This document shows, piece after piece, positions 28,438 through 38,842 of a stretch of 64,000 nucleotides of DNA. How positions within the stretch are numbered: the stretch's first letter is position 1; the number at the start of each line of letters is the position of its first letter. The stretch is from assembly GCA_021513715.1 (NCBI GenBank), contig CP084167.1, positions 2,464,001 to 2,528,000 of the forward strand, read 5' to 3'. The DNA comes from Candidatus Heimdallarchaeum endolithica (GTDB taxonomy: Archaea; Asgardarchaeota; Heimdallarchaeia; Heimdallarchaeales; Heimdallarchaeaceae). The position numbers were made by a program, and so were the translations under genes. The notes beneath the pieces are model-generated. The model did no database searches. It was given only the letters and a program-made list of their open reading frames with translations, and had not been told where the DNA came from.

Positions 28438-28745
28438 TTATTTCTTGTTGTGAGGACAATAAGGGGACATTTTCTCGCGATTGTGAAGAACATTCCTTCT
28501 TCTATCTTTTACTTTTTCTAATCTCGAGATCATTAATGTTAACTCGTCTAATTTTCCTTTATGTACTTTTATCTTTCCTTTTTTGTTTTTATGCATATCT
28601 TTCTTCTGTTATGATGGATTATTCTCACATACTTCTCTATAATTCTTGTGTCTCTTCCAGTTATTTTCCTTAACCTCTCCTTTTTTCTCGTCGTCAATAC
28701 TTCATTCTTTATTCTCACTTTCAAGATTTTGACGACTTCCTCCAT
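28438..28745 (-). pseudogene. Frameshifted, truncated N-terminal fragment of a probable TnpB-like (IS200/IS605) protein
   Basis: MEEVVKILKVRIKNEVLTTRKKERLRKITGRDTRIIEKYVRII, then a frameshift to KVHKGKLDELTL..RRNVLH..PYCPHNKK*. Resembles archaeal TnpB-like N-termini from recall only. Confidence 0.45.
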
Positions 28746-28924
28746 CTCTCTTTCCTCTCTTCTTATTTTCTCTTTCTTTGTTTTTTCTTCTACTCTTCTT
28801 AATTATACTTTTTTACTATAAAAATAAAGAGACCTCTTTTTCCTTTCCACTCTCTTCCTTCTTTTCTTTTTTTTATTTGTAATTCTTACTAAATTTTTAT
28901 AAATTTACGTAAAAAAAGTATCTT

Positions 28925-30124
28925 ATGGAAAATTGGATTGCTTCCTTTGATGAGATCATTAAAGGAAAAACTACTGACGTCTATTTCTTAAATGCAAAAA
29001 AATGTCTAGAAGCTGATAACCTAGATAAAACAGTAGTCTATGCAGAGGTGACAACTGATAGTTTACCAAAAAACTGGACTCATTTTCTGTTTTTAGGTTT
29101 AGCAGAAGTTATTGCAATGTTCCAGAAAACGAAATTAAATGTTAACATATATTCTGTGGATGAAGGCCGGATTTTACCTCCAAAAGATATTAATGGCGTA
29201 AGAATCCCTGTTTTATCAATTGAAGGACCTTATGGAGATTTTGCAATATATGAAACTCCAATGTTGGGATATTTGTGCTTTCAAACTGGTGTTGGGACAT
29301 CTGCTTTATATGTTAGACTAGCTGCAAGGGAGAAAATAATTTTGTCTTTTGGAATAAGAAGAATGCATCCTGCTTTAGCTCCAGTTATTGACAGAGCGTG
29401 TTATATAGCAGGATTTGATGGTGTGTCTTGCGTTCTCAGTGCTGAAAAATTAGGAATTAAACCTACAGGAACGATCCCTCATGCTTTTATCATTATTGAG
29501 CAAGGGATAGAGAATGCTATGCGAAGTTTTGATAAGAATATTGACCCTGAAGTTAAAAGAATAGCTCTATCAGATACTTTTAGTGATGAGAGATTTGAAG
29601 TGATGAAAGCTCTTGACGCTGTCGGGGATCATCTATATGGTGTGAGATTAGATACTCCAAGTTCACGACGAGGTGACCTGAAGGAAATAATCAAAGAAGT
29701 TAAGTGGGAACTAAAACAGAGAGGGCGAGAAGATGTTAAGATATTCCTTTCTGGAGGTTTCGATGAAAAGATGGTTGAAGAATACCATGATGTTGCAGAT
29801 GGTTTTGGAGTTGGGACTTCTGTTGCAAATAGCCCGACAGTTAATTTTGCTTTTGATATTGTAGAAATGAATGGTCAATCAATATCTAAAAGAGGAAAAT
29901 ATTCTGGAAGGAAGCAAGTTGGCTATTGTCAAGCTTGTGACGTTTATCTATGCTCATTAGAAAGTCAAGGGAAGATTATATGCCCAAAATGTGGGTCAAA
30001 AATGGAAAAAGTAGTTAAGCAATATATGATGAATGGAGAACTTATTCGTGATTTAGGTGATGTAGGTTCTATTCGTAGATATGTCAAAGAGCAAATGGAA
30101 AAACTAGAACTTCCAAAAAAATAA
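28925..30124 (+). CDS. pncB: Nicotinate phosphoribosyltransferase
   Basis: TDVYF, SFGIRRMHP, GTIPHA, GVRLDTPSSRRG, DGFGVGT. Confidence 0.93.
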   Translation: MENWIASFDEIIKGKTTDVYFLNAKKCLEADNLDKTVVYAEVTTDSLPKNWTHFLFLGLAEVIAMFQKTKLNVNIYSVDEGRILPPKDINGVRIPVLSIEGPYGDFAIYETPMLGYLCFQTGVGTSALYVRLAAREKIILSFGIRRMHPALAPVIDRACYIAGFDGVSCVLSAEKLGIKPTGTIPHAFIIIEQGIENAMRSFDKNIDPEVKRIALSDTFSDERFEVMKALDAVGDHLYGVRLDTPSSRRGDLKEIIKEVKWELKQRGREDVKIFLSGGFDEKMVEEYHDVADGFGVGTSVANSPTVNFAFDIVEMNGQSISKRGKYSGRKQVGYCQACDVYLCSLESQGKIICPKCGSKMEKVVKQYMMNGELIRDLGDVGSIRRYVKEQMEKLELPKK

Positions 30125-30161
30125 AAATGAGGAAAATCAATGTATGTAGAGGTCAAATTGA

Positions 30162-32219
30162 ATGAATAGAAATTTCCTCAATTTTGTTGATAGAATAAAA
30201 AAACAGCGTGTTGTGGACTATCTGAAAATAAAAAAAACTATTGATGGAATTTTTAATTTAGTAGAATTTGAAATTAAACCATCTATAATTCTTATCTCTT
30301 TTATCACTTCTGAAGATAATCAATATATTGATACTTTTTTTTGTAGCGAGGGAGAAGAAAAAATCCATGACTATGATGTTTACCTTAGTGAAGAACTGTT
30401 TTCAACCAGTATGTATAAAGAACTTATGTTTACTGGAAGCATAAAGTACGGAAAAGTTTTCAATTTACCTTTTTCTGAAGGAATAAAGAGTGAACTCATT
30501 AGAACTGGTTATACTGATGTAATAATCGTTGCAATTAAACTTGAAGAAGAAATTGTGGGTTTTGTATCAGTTTTATTTTCTAATACTGAAAATGAAAACA
30601 AATTAGAATTCTTTTTCTCATATATTGAATATGTTTCAGGTTTGATTTCTTCTATTGTCTCTTCTTGGTATAAACTTTATCTAATGGAAAAAGAGAAAAA
30701 TAAGAGTAATGTAATCATTGAATTGTCAGAATTGGCATTAGAAACAACAAATATCCCCATTATTTTGAAATCATTGTTTAAAAGAATTTTTGAATTAGAT
30801 AATTTTTACTCCCTTGGGTTGTTTAGAATAAAAAAGAGCAGGTTTGAATTATACCAAGGAATAAATATAAGTGAACAATTAGCAGATTATTTTTCCGAGC
30901 AAGATCTTAAAATAGAAACATTACCCTATTATAACCATCAGAATCTTCTAGATGAAACACTAGCTACTGCTAAGAATCAATATTGTTTGATTATCCCAGT
31001 AAAAAGTGCTAACATCTTTTTAGGTTTTCTTTTCATTGTAACTCAACCTGGAACAAAGATATCTCCTGATGTAGAAAATTTTCTAAGAATCATTACCAAT
31101 CAGCTCTTTCTTATATTACAAAGGAGATTGCTTCTTGATGACATTCAGGCAGTTACTCAAATGTCAGAGTTGTCATTTTTTCCAGTTTTCATCTTAGATA
31201 AAAGTGCTCGTATTATATATGTAAATTATCAGTTTGAAAAAATATTTAGATTAAAGCATACTCATATTATAGGAAATAAAATATATAACGTTTTATTGTT
31301 TAATGCAGATGAAGTAGAAAAAGTGGAAAACGCAATAAATAGCGTGTTAAAAACCCTAAAAAAAGAATCCATCAAACTATGCATTAAGGTTGAAGATTCT
31401 GGACAAATGAGAGATTACACTTATTTTGCTAATCTTTCTCCAACTATTAATAATTTAACTGGTGAATATTGTGTTGTTTTTTCACTTCTCGACGTGACAG
31501 AGTCAGAAAAACTTCGGGCTCTTGCGGATGAGTATAACATCAGATCTCAAATGTATCTAAATGTGTTAACTCATGATATCTTTAACATCTTTTTTGCAAT
31601 CGAAGGGTATTATGAAATTGTGAAAGGTGAAATACCTAAAGAGCAGAAGCAAGTGCTAAATAAAGTTTCTGACTTAGTTGAAAGAGGGACAGAAACCGTA
31701 CAGCATATTCGCCTTTTGAGTAAAGTATTGAATACAACAGTTGTTGAAAAGAAAAGTCTTTTACCATTAAGAACAATTTTAGAAACTATTGAAGAAAAGG
31801 TAAAACGTGTCTGTAGAACAAAAAATATCAAGATTGAAAATGCTATTCCAACCTCAGTTAAAATTCGTGGGACATATTTTGTTATAGATTTTTTTGAATA
31901 CATTGTGACTAATCTTATAAAAAGCACGACTGCAGAACAAGTGGTTGTTTCTTATTCTCACTCATACGACGAGGACATAAAGAAAACAGTACTTTCTATA
32001 AATGTTAAAGGAGAGATTGATCAAAAAATAATTGATTCAATGAAAGATGTAATAATCTCTTCTGATCTAGAATATGGTGTTCGTAAACAACTCTGGTTAC
32101 AAGTAGTAAAGGAAATTGCAAAAAGAAATGAATTCGAGATGTCTGTTGACTCACTAAACATTAATGATACTCCTCTCGGGGTGTCATTTAAAGTTCTTTT
32201 TGAAGGAGAAAACGAATAG
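30162..32219 (+). CDS. GAF/PAS sensor with HisKA-like H-box and degenerate HATPase domain
   Basis: PAS-like VFILDKSARIIYVN; H-box VLTHDIFN; no DxGxG G1 box visible. Confidence 0.7.
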   Translation: MNRNFLNFVDRIKKQRVVDYLKIKKTIDGIFNLVEFEIKPSIILISFITSEDNQYIDTFFCSEGEEKIHDYDVYLSEELFSTSMYKELMFTGSIKYGKVFNLPFSEGIKSELIRTGYTDVIIVAIKLEEEIVGFVSVLFSNTENENKLEFFFSYIEYVSGLISSIVSSWYKLYLMEKEKNKSNVIIELSELALETTNIPIILKSLFKRIFELDNFYSLGLFRIKKSRFELYQGINISEQLADYFSEQDLKIETLPYYNHQNLLDETLATAKNQYCLIIPVKSANIFLGFLFIVTQPGTKISPDVENFLRIITNQLFLILQRRLLLDDIQAVTQMSELSFFPVFILDKSARIIYVNYQFEKIFRLKHTHIIGNKIYNVLLFNADEVEKVENAINSVLKTLKKESIKLCIKVEDSGQMRDYTYFANLSPTINNLTGEYCVVFSLLDVTESEKLRALADEYNIRSQMYLNVLTHDIFNIFFAIEGYYEIVKGEIPKEQKQVLNKVSDLVERGTETVQHIRLLSKVLNTTVVEKKSLLPLRTILETIEEKVKRVCRTKNIKIENAIPTSVKIRGTYFVIDFFEYIVTNLIKSTTAEQVVVSYSHSYDEDIKKTVLSINVKGEIDQKIIDSMKDVIISSDLEYGVRKQLWLQVVKEIAKRNEFEMSVDSLNINDTPLGVSFKVLFEGENE

Positions 32220-32271
32220 ATTAAAATTGACATGAATTAAAAAAATTTAGATAATATAACAAAAAATAAAA

Positions 32272-32541
32272 TTAGAGTCTAGTTACAAAGTCTAAGTTGA
32301 CTGATTGCACACCTTCAATTGCAGAGAGGTATTCTTCCAAACTATCTTGCATTCCGTCTTCTTCTGGAATGATAAATTGAGCAACCATTGACACTAAACC
32401 AAAGGCAAGAGGTCTTTTTTCTATAGTGTTTTGCATTTTTATTCTTTCTGGAAGATTAGCTCTTACTCTTTCTTCTAGACTTTCTGGTTTAATCTCGGGA
32501 CTTTCTGGTCTTAATTCATATACTAATAATACTTCACCCAT
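32272..32541 (-). CDS. ef1b: Elongation factor 1-beta
   Basis: MGEVLLVYELRPESPE...PLAFGL...IEGVQS. Confidence 0.93.
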   Translation of the reverse strand: MGEVLLVYELRPESPEIKPESLEERVRANLPERIKMQNTIEKRPLAFGLVSMVAQFIIPEEDGMQDSLEEYLSAIEGVQSVNLDFVTRL

Positions 32542-32554
32542 ATTTTTTTCACCT

Positions 32555-32737
32555 TTAAGGACCTGTGAATCCACATTTAGGACATTGATACTCATTTCCG
32601 AAGTAACGACATTTAGCACATCGGATGATCAATACTTCTCCACAATTTGGACAAGAGAACTTAGTAACACCCTCTTCGGAAGGGCTTATTACTCTATTAC
32701 AACTAGAACAACTTGGCATTGTAATTTCGCCGCTCAT
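32555..32737 (-). CDS. Zn-ribbon protein (DUF1610 / HVO_2753 family)
   Basis: Four CxxC motifs ending CPKCGFTGP; upstream of EF-1beta as usual. Confidence 0.9.
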   Translation of the reverse strand: MSGEITMPSCSSCNRVISPSEEGVTKFSCPNCGEVLIIRCAKCRYFGNEYQCPKCGFTGP

Positions 32738-32864
32738 TTTTCCACCTTTAATACGACTATATCTTAACGGAATAAGATATTTATTAAGTATTTTGACTCT
32801 GTTGTTTTTCTTTCTCTCTAAACATCTCAACTTTCCAGTATCTTCATTAAAAAAATTGGGAAAG

Positions 32865-34982
32865 CTATTCATTAATCAATGAATTTGAAAGTTTTTCAAA
32901 TGCTTTATCGATACTTTTGGCAAGTTCTTCAAATGTAACTCTTATACTATCACTAAAAATCATTAGTAAGTCATTTGCTTCTTTATTTTTTTCTTCTATA
33001 TTTTTTTCAATCTCAGAGTAGGTTGTTCTTACTATATGCTTTGTTTTTTTCTCTAATGAAGAAGAACTAGTATGTTCCTGAAGAGAATTAAACTGTTTTA
33101 AGACTGATGTCCAAATCACATCAACACTCTTCTTTAGATATTCGGAAAGGTCATCAAGCAAAGTTTTAGCAGTTCCAAGCGTAGTCTCTTTTGCTTTCTC
33201 AAAGTAGTCAATAATAGCTTCATATTCATCACCTAATTTATTCTCAAAATCATTAAGTTTATTAATTACAGAAAGGGAAAGTTCGCTAAATATGTTTTTT
33301 AAACTTTCGAATAACTGTGCCAGGTTTACCTCTTGTGTGTTTACTATCCTAGTTAAACTATTTTCTATTTCTTCCTTTATCTGAACAAATAGTTCTGAGT
33401 TATTTTTAAGAATGGAAGAAAAAACTTGTTCAATATTTGAAGAAAAATCAAGTAAGTTGCTTGATATAAGTTTGTGGTGACTAGACCAACTCTCAGTCTG
33501 ATTAGCGAAAAGATGCTTAACATTTTCTTCTATTGACGAATAATTGCGTTGAATATCTGCTTTAGTTTCTTCAACTAAAGAGGTTATTTGATTCTCAATA
33601 TCTAAATTTAATTCTGATATCTCTAGTCCTATTTTTTGAATTATTTGCTTAAATGATGATGTCACTTTCCGAAAAAGACTTTCAGCTTGACTTGAAAATA
33701 GTTGCCACAAGATTTCCTCTAATTCTTCTTCTCTTTTTTCAATTTGCTTTAGCTGCTTTTCATGTTTAGTAAGAATACTTTCAGATAATTGGGAAATTTC
33801 ATTGAATTGGGTTGAACTTTGTTCTATTTCTTCTTTTATAGAATCTACCTTAATATCCAACAAATGTGTAATCTCTGTAATTTTTCTCATGTTTTCAGTC
33901 AAATTATTTTGTTGGTCTTGTTCAGCTATTTTCAATAGTTTTGAAATCTCTAATCTCAAATCTTTTTGTAACTTAGAAATATCTTCTAATTTTGTTTTGC
34001 TGTTCTTCTTTAATCTATTAACTGCTGAAGTGTTTGACTTTATAACTGAATTGTATTGCTTAGATAGGTTTATTGAATAGCTTAAATCAGTAGAGATGAG
34101 ATTTGAGAGTCTAGTCACTCGTTCTTTTTTCGTAATAGAAAAGAATCTTTTGAAATCTTCCTCGAATTTATTTAAAAATGAAGATATAGATTTTAATGCT
34201 TGTGAGGTGATCTTGGTTCTCTCTCTAAGAAATTCGTTGAGGATTAAGTTAGTATTATGTAAAAGTTCCTTATGATTTTGATTTAGTAAGGATAGTACTT
34301 CCATTTCACTTTGATTTAATGCCATTAACGTATCCTGATCTGTAAGAGATAATTTCTCTTTTAGTAATATCATAAGCGATTCAATGTTTTTCTTTTGTTC
34401 TTTTGTTTTACTCTCAATTTCTTGCGAAAAATCATTGAATTGTTCACAAGTTGAGGTTTTCAGTTGATTTAACTCACTAGAACTATTTCCTATATTTTCA
34501 TCCATTATTTCTTTAGTTCTTTTTGCTAAATTAGTGAATCCCCTGTCAATTATCTTTCTTGTATTGTTAAACATCTCAGCCATGTAAACTGCTGAAGGAA
34601 GTGTAGGAATGGGTTCTCGTTCTGAAAAAATGGGCTCACCAATAGGAGTAAAACCAAGTTTTACCCTTAAATTTCGAATAATTTCCTCTTTCATGCTTCT
34701 CATTGTAGAATCCAAATTTATGCGAAATCTCCCGAATGAGCGAAGTCTTTCTGTTTCATATTGATTTATTAACGTCGAAGTTTCTTCATTGAGTTTTTTA
34801 CCCAATTTATGTGCTAGGTTATAGATGTTCTCCAGTGATTGAATATGGTTATTAACAGATGCATGAATAGACTCCTTTAAAGTATCTGCTGTTTCACTAA
34901 TGAATTTTTCTTGTTCTTTTTTTATGTCATCTAATTGTTTAGCAGTTATATTAAGTACCATATTCTTCGTTTTCTTTCTCAA
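32865..34982 (-). CDS. Long amphipathic-helical/coiled-coil hypothetical protein
   Basis: 705-aa ORF, heptad-rich, almost no Pro or Gly outside one linker. Confidence 0.75.
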   Translation of the reverse strand: MRKKTKNMVLNITAKQLDDIKKEQEKFISETADTLKESIHASVNNHIQSLENIYNLAHKLGKKLNEETSTLINQYETERLRSFGRFRINLDSTMRSMKEEIIRNLRVKLGFTPIGEPIFSEREPIPTLPSAVYMAEMFNNTRKIIDRGFTNLAKRTKEIMDENIGNSSSELNQLKTSTCEQFNDFSQEIESKTKEQKKNIESLMILLKEKLSLTDQDTLMALNQSEMEVLSLLNQNHKELLHNTNLILNEFLRERTKITSQALKSISSFLNKFEEDFKRFFSITKKERVTRLSNLISTDLSYSINLSKQYNSVIKSNTSAVNRLKKNSKTKLEDISKLQKDLRLEISKLLKIAEQDQQNNLTENMRKITEITHLLDIKVDSIKEEIEQSSTQFNEISQLSESILTKHEKQLKQIEKREEELEEILWQLFSSQAESLFRKVTSSFKQIIQKIGLEISELNLDIENQITSLVEETKADIQRNYSSIEENVKHLFANQTESWSSHHKLISSNLLDFSSNIEQVFSSILKNNSELFVQIKEEIENSLTRIVNTQEVNLAQLFESLKNIFSELSLSVINKLNDFENKLGDEYEAIIDYFEKAKETTLGTAKTLLDDLSEYLKKSVDVIWTSVLKQFNSLQEHTSSSSLEKKTKHIVRTTYSEIEKNIEEKNKEANDLLMIFSDSIRVTFEELAKSIDKAFEKLSNSLINE

Positions 34983-35100
34983 CTAAAAAAGTTTATGAAA
35001 AATAAACAAATATTCAAAGTACAAAAGAAAAATATTTGCATTACATTCATAAATAAAAAATAGTTAGCAGAATACTGTATAATAAAAAAGATAAAGACTA

Positions 35101-35490
35101 TTATGTCAGCAATCTCTCAACATCACTTGCTGCTCTAGCCATATCTAAAAATACCAATCCCAATTTAGCTTCTTTTCTAGCTGAGACAGTTAATACTGCA
35201 TTTGGTCCTGCTGCAATTGTGATTATATAACCATAAGCTCCTTCGATAAAAATCTTTTCGAGTTCTCCTCTTTGCATCTCTTGAGCTACTCTTTCTCCTA
35301 AAGAAAGCATTGCTGCTGTCATAGCTGCTAATCTTGCTTCTTCAATTTCTTGAGGAAGAACTGAAGCAATAGGTAACCCTTCAATAGATACAATTGCTGC
35401 ACTTTCAATTTCAGGGACTTTTATTTTAAGATCTCCTAGCGTATTTTTTAATTCTGATGTTTTATTTTCAAATGTTACTCCAAATGCCAT
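35101..35490 (-). CDS. Roadblock/LC7 (MglB-like) protein
   Basis: IESAAIVSIEGLPIAS, AAMTAAMLSLGER, AKLGLVFLDM. Confidence 0.93.
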   Translation of the reverse strand: MAFGVTFENKTSELKNTLGDLKIKVPEIESAAIVSIEGLPIASVLPQEIEEARLAAMTAAMLSLGERVAQEMQRGELEKIFIEGAYGYIITIAAGPNAVLTVSARKEAKLGLVFLDMARAASDVERLLT

Positions 35491-35733
35491 CTATATCCCT
35501 TTCTTCTTTATATAATGATAATTATTGCTTAATTTATAAATTAAACTATCTTACAGATATTTTCTCAATCACATTTTTAAATTTATTTGGAACGGCAATT
35601 GTCTTCATATATTTAATTAATTTTTAATTAGTTAAATAACATAAAGCCCTTATATAAATAGATGTAAAAACTGTAAGTAAAAATATAGCAAAAATACCAA
35701 TTTTCTTAAAGTATTGCGTTCTGTCTACATTAT

Positions 35734-36099
35734 ATGAGACCGAAATTCAAATACAAACAAGTAATTGTTGTGCGAACTGATCTGAAAATGTCAAAGGGAA
35801 AGACTGCTGTACAAGTAGCACATGGTTCCGTTTCTGCCTATATTAAAGCTAGTAAATACTATCCTTCATGGACTGAAAAATGGCTTAAGGAAGGTCAGAA
35901 AAAAGTTACAGTAAAAATTGAAACACAAGAAGAACTTTTTCAAATAGCTCATTCTGCTAAGGAAAAAGACTTGCCTGTGGCTATAATCAATGATGCAGGA
36001 TTAACAGAACTACCCCCTGGAACAACTACTGTGGTTGGTATTGGGCCAGGACCAGAAGACCTGATAGATAAGATATCTGGTCATTTAAAGCTGTTGTAG
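35734..36099 (+). CDS. pth2: Peptidyl-tRNA hydrolase Pth2
   Basis: KQVIVVRTDLKMSKGKTAVQVAH, DAGLTELPPGT. Confidence 0.96.
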   Translation: MRPKFKYKQVIVVRTDLKMSKGKTAVQVAHGSVSAYIKASKYYPSWTEKWLKEGQKKVTVKIETQEELFQIAHSAKEKDLPVAIINDAGLTELPPGTTTVVGIGPGPEDLIDKISGHLKLL

Positions 36100-36125
36100 T
36101 TAGTTATTATGAAAGTGATAAGTAA

Positions 36126-37355
36126 ATGATTGAACTTGGACCTAGAATTTCTAATTTTAAGCCAATTAAAGGAAAAATAAAGGAATTACCAGAAGATTTT
36201 ATTGTAAGTGAAATGATAGATGAGAAAACTGTTCTCTCTCCTTTTCAAGAAAACTATTTACTTCCTGGAAAGGCTCCTGGATTATTTTTGCATTTTGTTT
36301 TAATCAAGAAAAATCTTGATACTGAAAGAGCTTTAGATTGGTTATCAAAATTGTGGAATGTTAACAGAGATAATTTTAACATAGCAGGAACTAAAGACAA
36401 AAAAGCTATTACTGCTCAAAGAGTTTCAGTTTGGGGGTTGAACAAAGTTTTTGAGAAAGGGTTAATTGGCGAAATAGATTACCCTACCCTAAAAGCAAAA
36501 GCATTAACTCTCAAACTTCGTGATATTAAACTAGGCGATCTTTGGGGAAATATGTTTAATATTCTTATTCGTAATATTTCTATATCAAAAAGTGAAATAA
36601 AACAAAAAATAGAAGAATTTCTGGGTGCTGTAAAGAACTTTGGAGGATTAATAAATTCATTTGGTCCACAAAGATTTGGAGATATTAGACCAATAACACA
36701 TCTTGTTGGCAAATTAATAATCGAAGGAAATTATAAAGAAGCAATACGCTTATACATAGGTAAAGTCTTTCCTGATGAATCAGATGAAACAAAAAAAGCA
36801 AGGAAACTTTTTTGGGAAGGAGAAAAGGTGAATGAAGTGCTTAAATTTTTTCCTTCATATTTAAATACAGAGAGAAAACTTCTTTTTTTGCTTAGAAACT
36901 CTGAGAACAATTATGAACATGCTTTTCAATCATTTTCATATCATCTGAAAAAATTATTTGTTCATGCTTATCAATCTCATCTTTTTAATAAATATCTAAA
37001 AATGCGTTTCGAAAAATATAGTAAAAATTTTAAAGAACCAATTTCTGGGGAAAAACTAAAAGATGGAATTGTTTATGCTCCAATTGTTGGAGCAAAAACG
37101 GAGTTAAATGGAGAAACAAGAGACATTTATGTTACGATATTTGAAGAAGAAGGACTAAAAGAAGATTTTTTTGCATCCTCTGCTTTCAAAAGATTTGGGG
37201 GAAAAGGAGCTTTCAGAAAAATTCTCTTTGTCCCCTATGATTTTTCCTATGAAATTGGGGATGATGATATCTATAATAATTCTACAATTAAATTAAATTT
37301 TAAATTGAAAAAAGGTTCGTATGCAACTAATGTAATTCGGGAATTTATTATTTAG
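36126..37355 (+). CDS. truD: tRNA pseudouridine(13) synthase
   Basis: PEDFIVSE, AGTKDKKAITAQ, FGPQRFG, HAYQSHLFN, KGSYAT. Confidence 0.95.
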   Translation: MIELGPRISNFKPIKGKIKELPEDFIVSEMIDEKTVLSPFQENYLLPGKAPGLFLHFVLIKKNLDTERALDWLSKLWNVNRDNFNIAGTKDKKAITAQRVSVWGLNKVFEKGLIGEIDYPTLKAKALTLKLRDIKLGDLWGNMFNILIRNISISKSEIKQKIEEFLGAVKNFGGLINSFGPQRFGDIRPITHLVGKLIIEGNYKEAIRLYIGKVFPDESDETKKARKLFWEGEKVNEVLKFFPSYLNTERKLLFLLRNSENNYEHAFQSFSYHLKKLFVHAYQSHLFNKYLKMRFEKYSKNFKEPISGEKLKDGIVYAPIVGAKTELNGETRDIYVTIFEEEGLKEDFFASSAFKRFGGKGAFRKILFVPYDFSYEIGDDDIYNNSTIKLNFKLKKGSYATNVIREFII

Positions 37356-37383
37356 TCTGTTGCATATTTTGCTTATTTTTTGC

Positions 37384-38151
37384 TTATTTTCCATATCTTC
37401 TATGTCTTTGTTGGTAGGTGCGAATTGCTCTCCAAAAGTCTATTTTTCTAAATAAAGGCCAATGAACTTCTGTAAAGTAAAATTCACTATAGGCTGATTG
37501 CCAAAGAAGAAAACCGGATAATCTTTCTTCTCCTGAGGTTCGTATAATTAAATCTGGGTCAGGAATATTACTTGTATAAAGGTGCTCTGCAATCAAGTCT
37601 TCATCTACATCATCATAATCGATTATTCCTTCTTTTGCTTTATTTATTATTTCCTTTAAAGCATCAACTATTTCGGCTCTTCCTCCATAAGCCATGCAAA
37701 CATTTAAAACATATTTGCTGTAATTGGCTGTTGCTTCTGTTGTTTTCTTTATTTCTTCCTGAACCTCTTTTGGAAGTAAACTAATCCTTCCTAAAATATT
37801 AACTTTTACTTCATTTTTGTGAATTCTGGGGTCTTCTCTAATACTGATGAGTTTTTCTCTCGCTAGGCGCATAATTGTCTCAACTTGTTCTTTTGGTCTG
37901 GAAAAGTTTTCTGTACTAAAAACCCAGACAGTAACGATTTTCACTCCTATCTCCCAAGCCCAATCAAGAACTTCTTCTAATTTTTTTGCTCCTAGTTCGT
38001 ACCCATTTTCATAGGATACCCCCAAAAGCTTGCTTCCTCTCCTATTTCCGTCTAAAATTATGGCAACGTGATGTGGGACTGGTTTATTCTTAATTTCTGA
38101 ATATAGTTTCTTTTCATAGACATTGTAGACTAGTTTAGGTATAAATTGCAT
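37384..38151 (-). CDS. uppS: cis-prenyltransferase (UppS family)
   Basis: HVAIILDGNRR, FSTENFSR, YGGRAEI, PDLIIRTSGEERLSGFLLWQ. Confidence 0.96.
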   Translation of the reverse strand: MQFIPKLVYNVYEKKLYSEIKNKPVPHHVAIILDGNRRGSKLLGVSYENGYELGAKKLEEVLDWAWEIGVKIVTVWVFSTENFSRPKEQVETIMRLAREKLISIREDPRIHKNEVKVNILGRISLLPKEVQEEIKKTTEATANYSKYVLNVCMAYGGRAEIVDALKEIINKAKEGIIDYDDVDEDLIAEHLYTSNIPDPDLIIRTSGEERLSGFLLWQSAYSEFYFTEVHWPLFRKIDFWRAIRTYQQRHRRYGK

Positions 38152-38236
38152 TGTAAACACCAATGATGCAAATGTGCGTTAAATTGACGAAATTAATAGA
38201 TTATAAAATATTTTTTATTTTAACGTTAATAAGTAA

Positions 38237-38674
38237 CTACGAGAGCGTTAATAAATAATCACTATAGTTGCTAAAGTTCTCAGCAACGTTTCTATTATTT
38301 GTAATAACCATTATTTCAATTTTATCTCTAGCAGCAATAATTACAGGAAGTAATTGTGTATCTTTGACAGCGACAACAATGATATCCTTATCGCTAAAAT
38401 AGAGCGTATCTAATATATCCAGTGCCATATATAGATCTACATCCGATGGTACAATTATTGGCTTTAAACCTAATTGAATGAATTTTTTGTGTTGTTCGCT
38501 TTGTAATTTAATATCAAAAAAAATTTTTGCAGAGCGAATGCTACCAATGGATTTTATTTCATTTATCATTTCAGTAATTTGCTTATTTGTTAAATCATGA
38601 AGTATTGTTCCTTCAAAAAAACAACTAATTTTTTTTGTATCTTTACGTAATAAAGTGATTATTTGCTCTGTCAT
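38237..38674 (-). CDS. NYN/LabA-like (TIGR00288-like) protein, degenerate
   Basis: SDVDLYMALD, D..LLPVI..AR, SDY; the N-terminal DGPN motif is replaced by EGTI. Confidence 0.6.
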   Translation of the reverse strand: MTEQIITLLRKDTKKISCFFEGTILHDLTNKQITEMINEIKSIGSIRSAKIFFDIKLQSEQHKKFIQLGLKPIIVPSDVDLYMALDILDTLYFSDKDIIVVAVKDTQLLPVIIAARDKIEIMVITNNRNVAENFSNYSDYLLTLS

Positions 38675-38842
38675 TATGTGGTTTAACTGTTTTTTTACTA
38701 TTTTTATGTGTTTTGGGTTATTAAAAACAAAAAATTGATTGTTATTAAGAGCTTATGCTTATACCATTTATCATTATCTTTAAACTACTCTCCAGCTAAA
38801 AGTAAAATCACTAGATTTAAATTGTAAAAAAAGGAAAACAGC

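Noticed and set aside
28401-28673. 90-aa + strand ORF
   Set aside because: Low-complexity F/L/S shadow of the purine-rich minus-strand relic.
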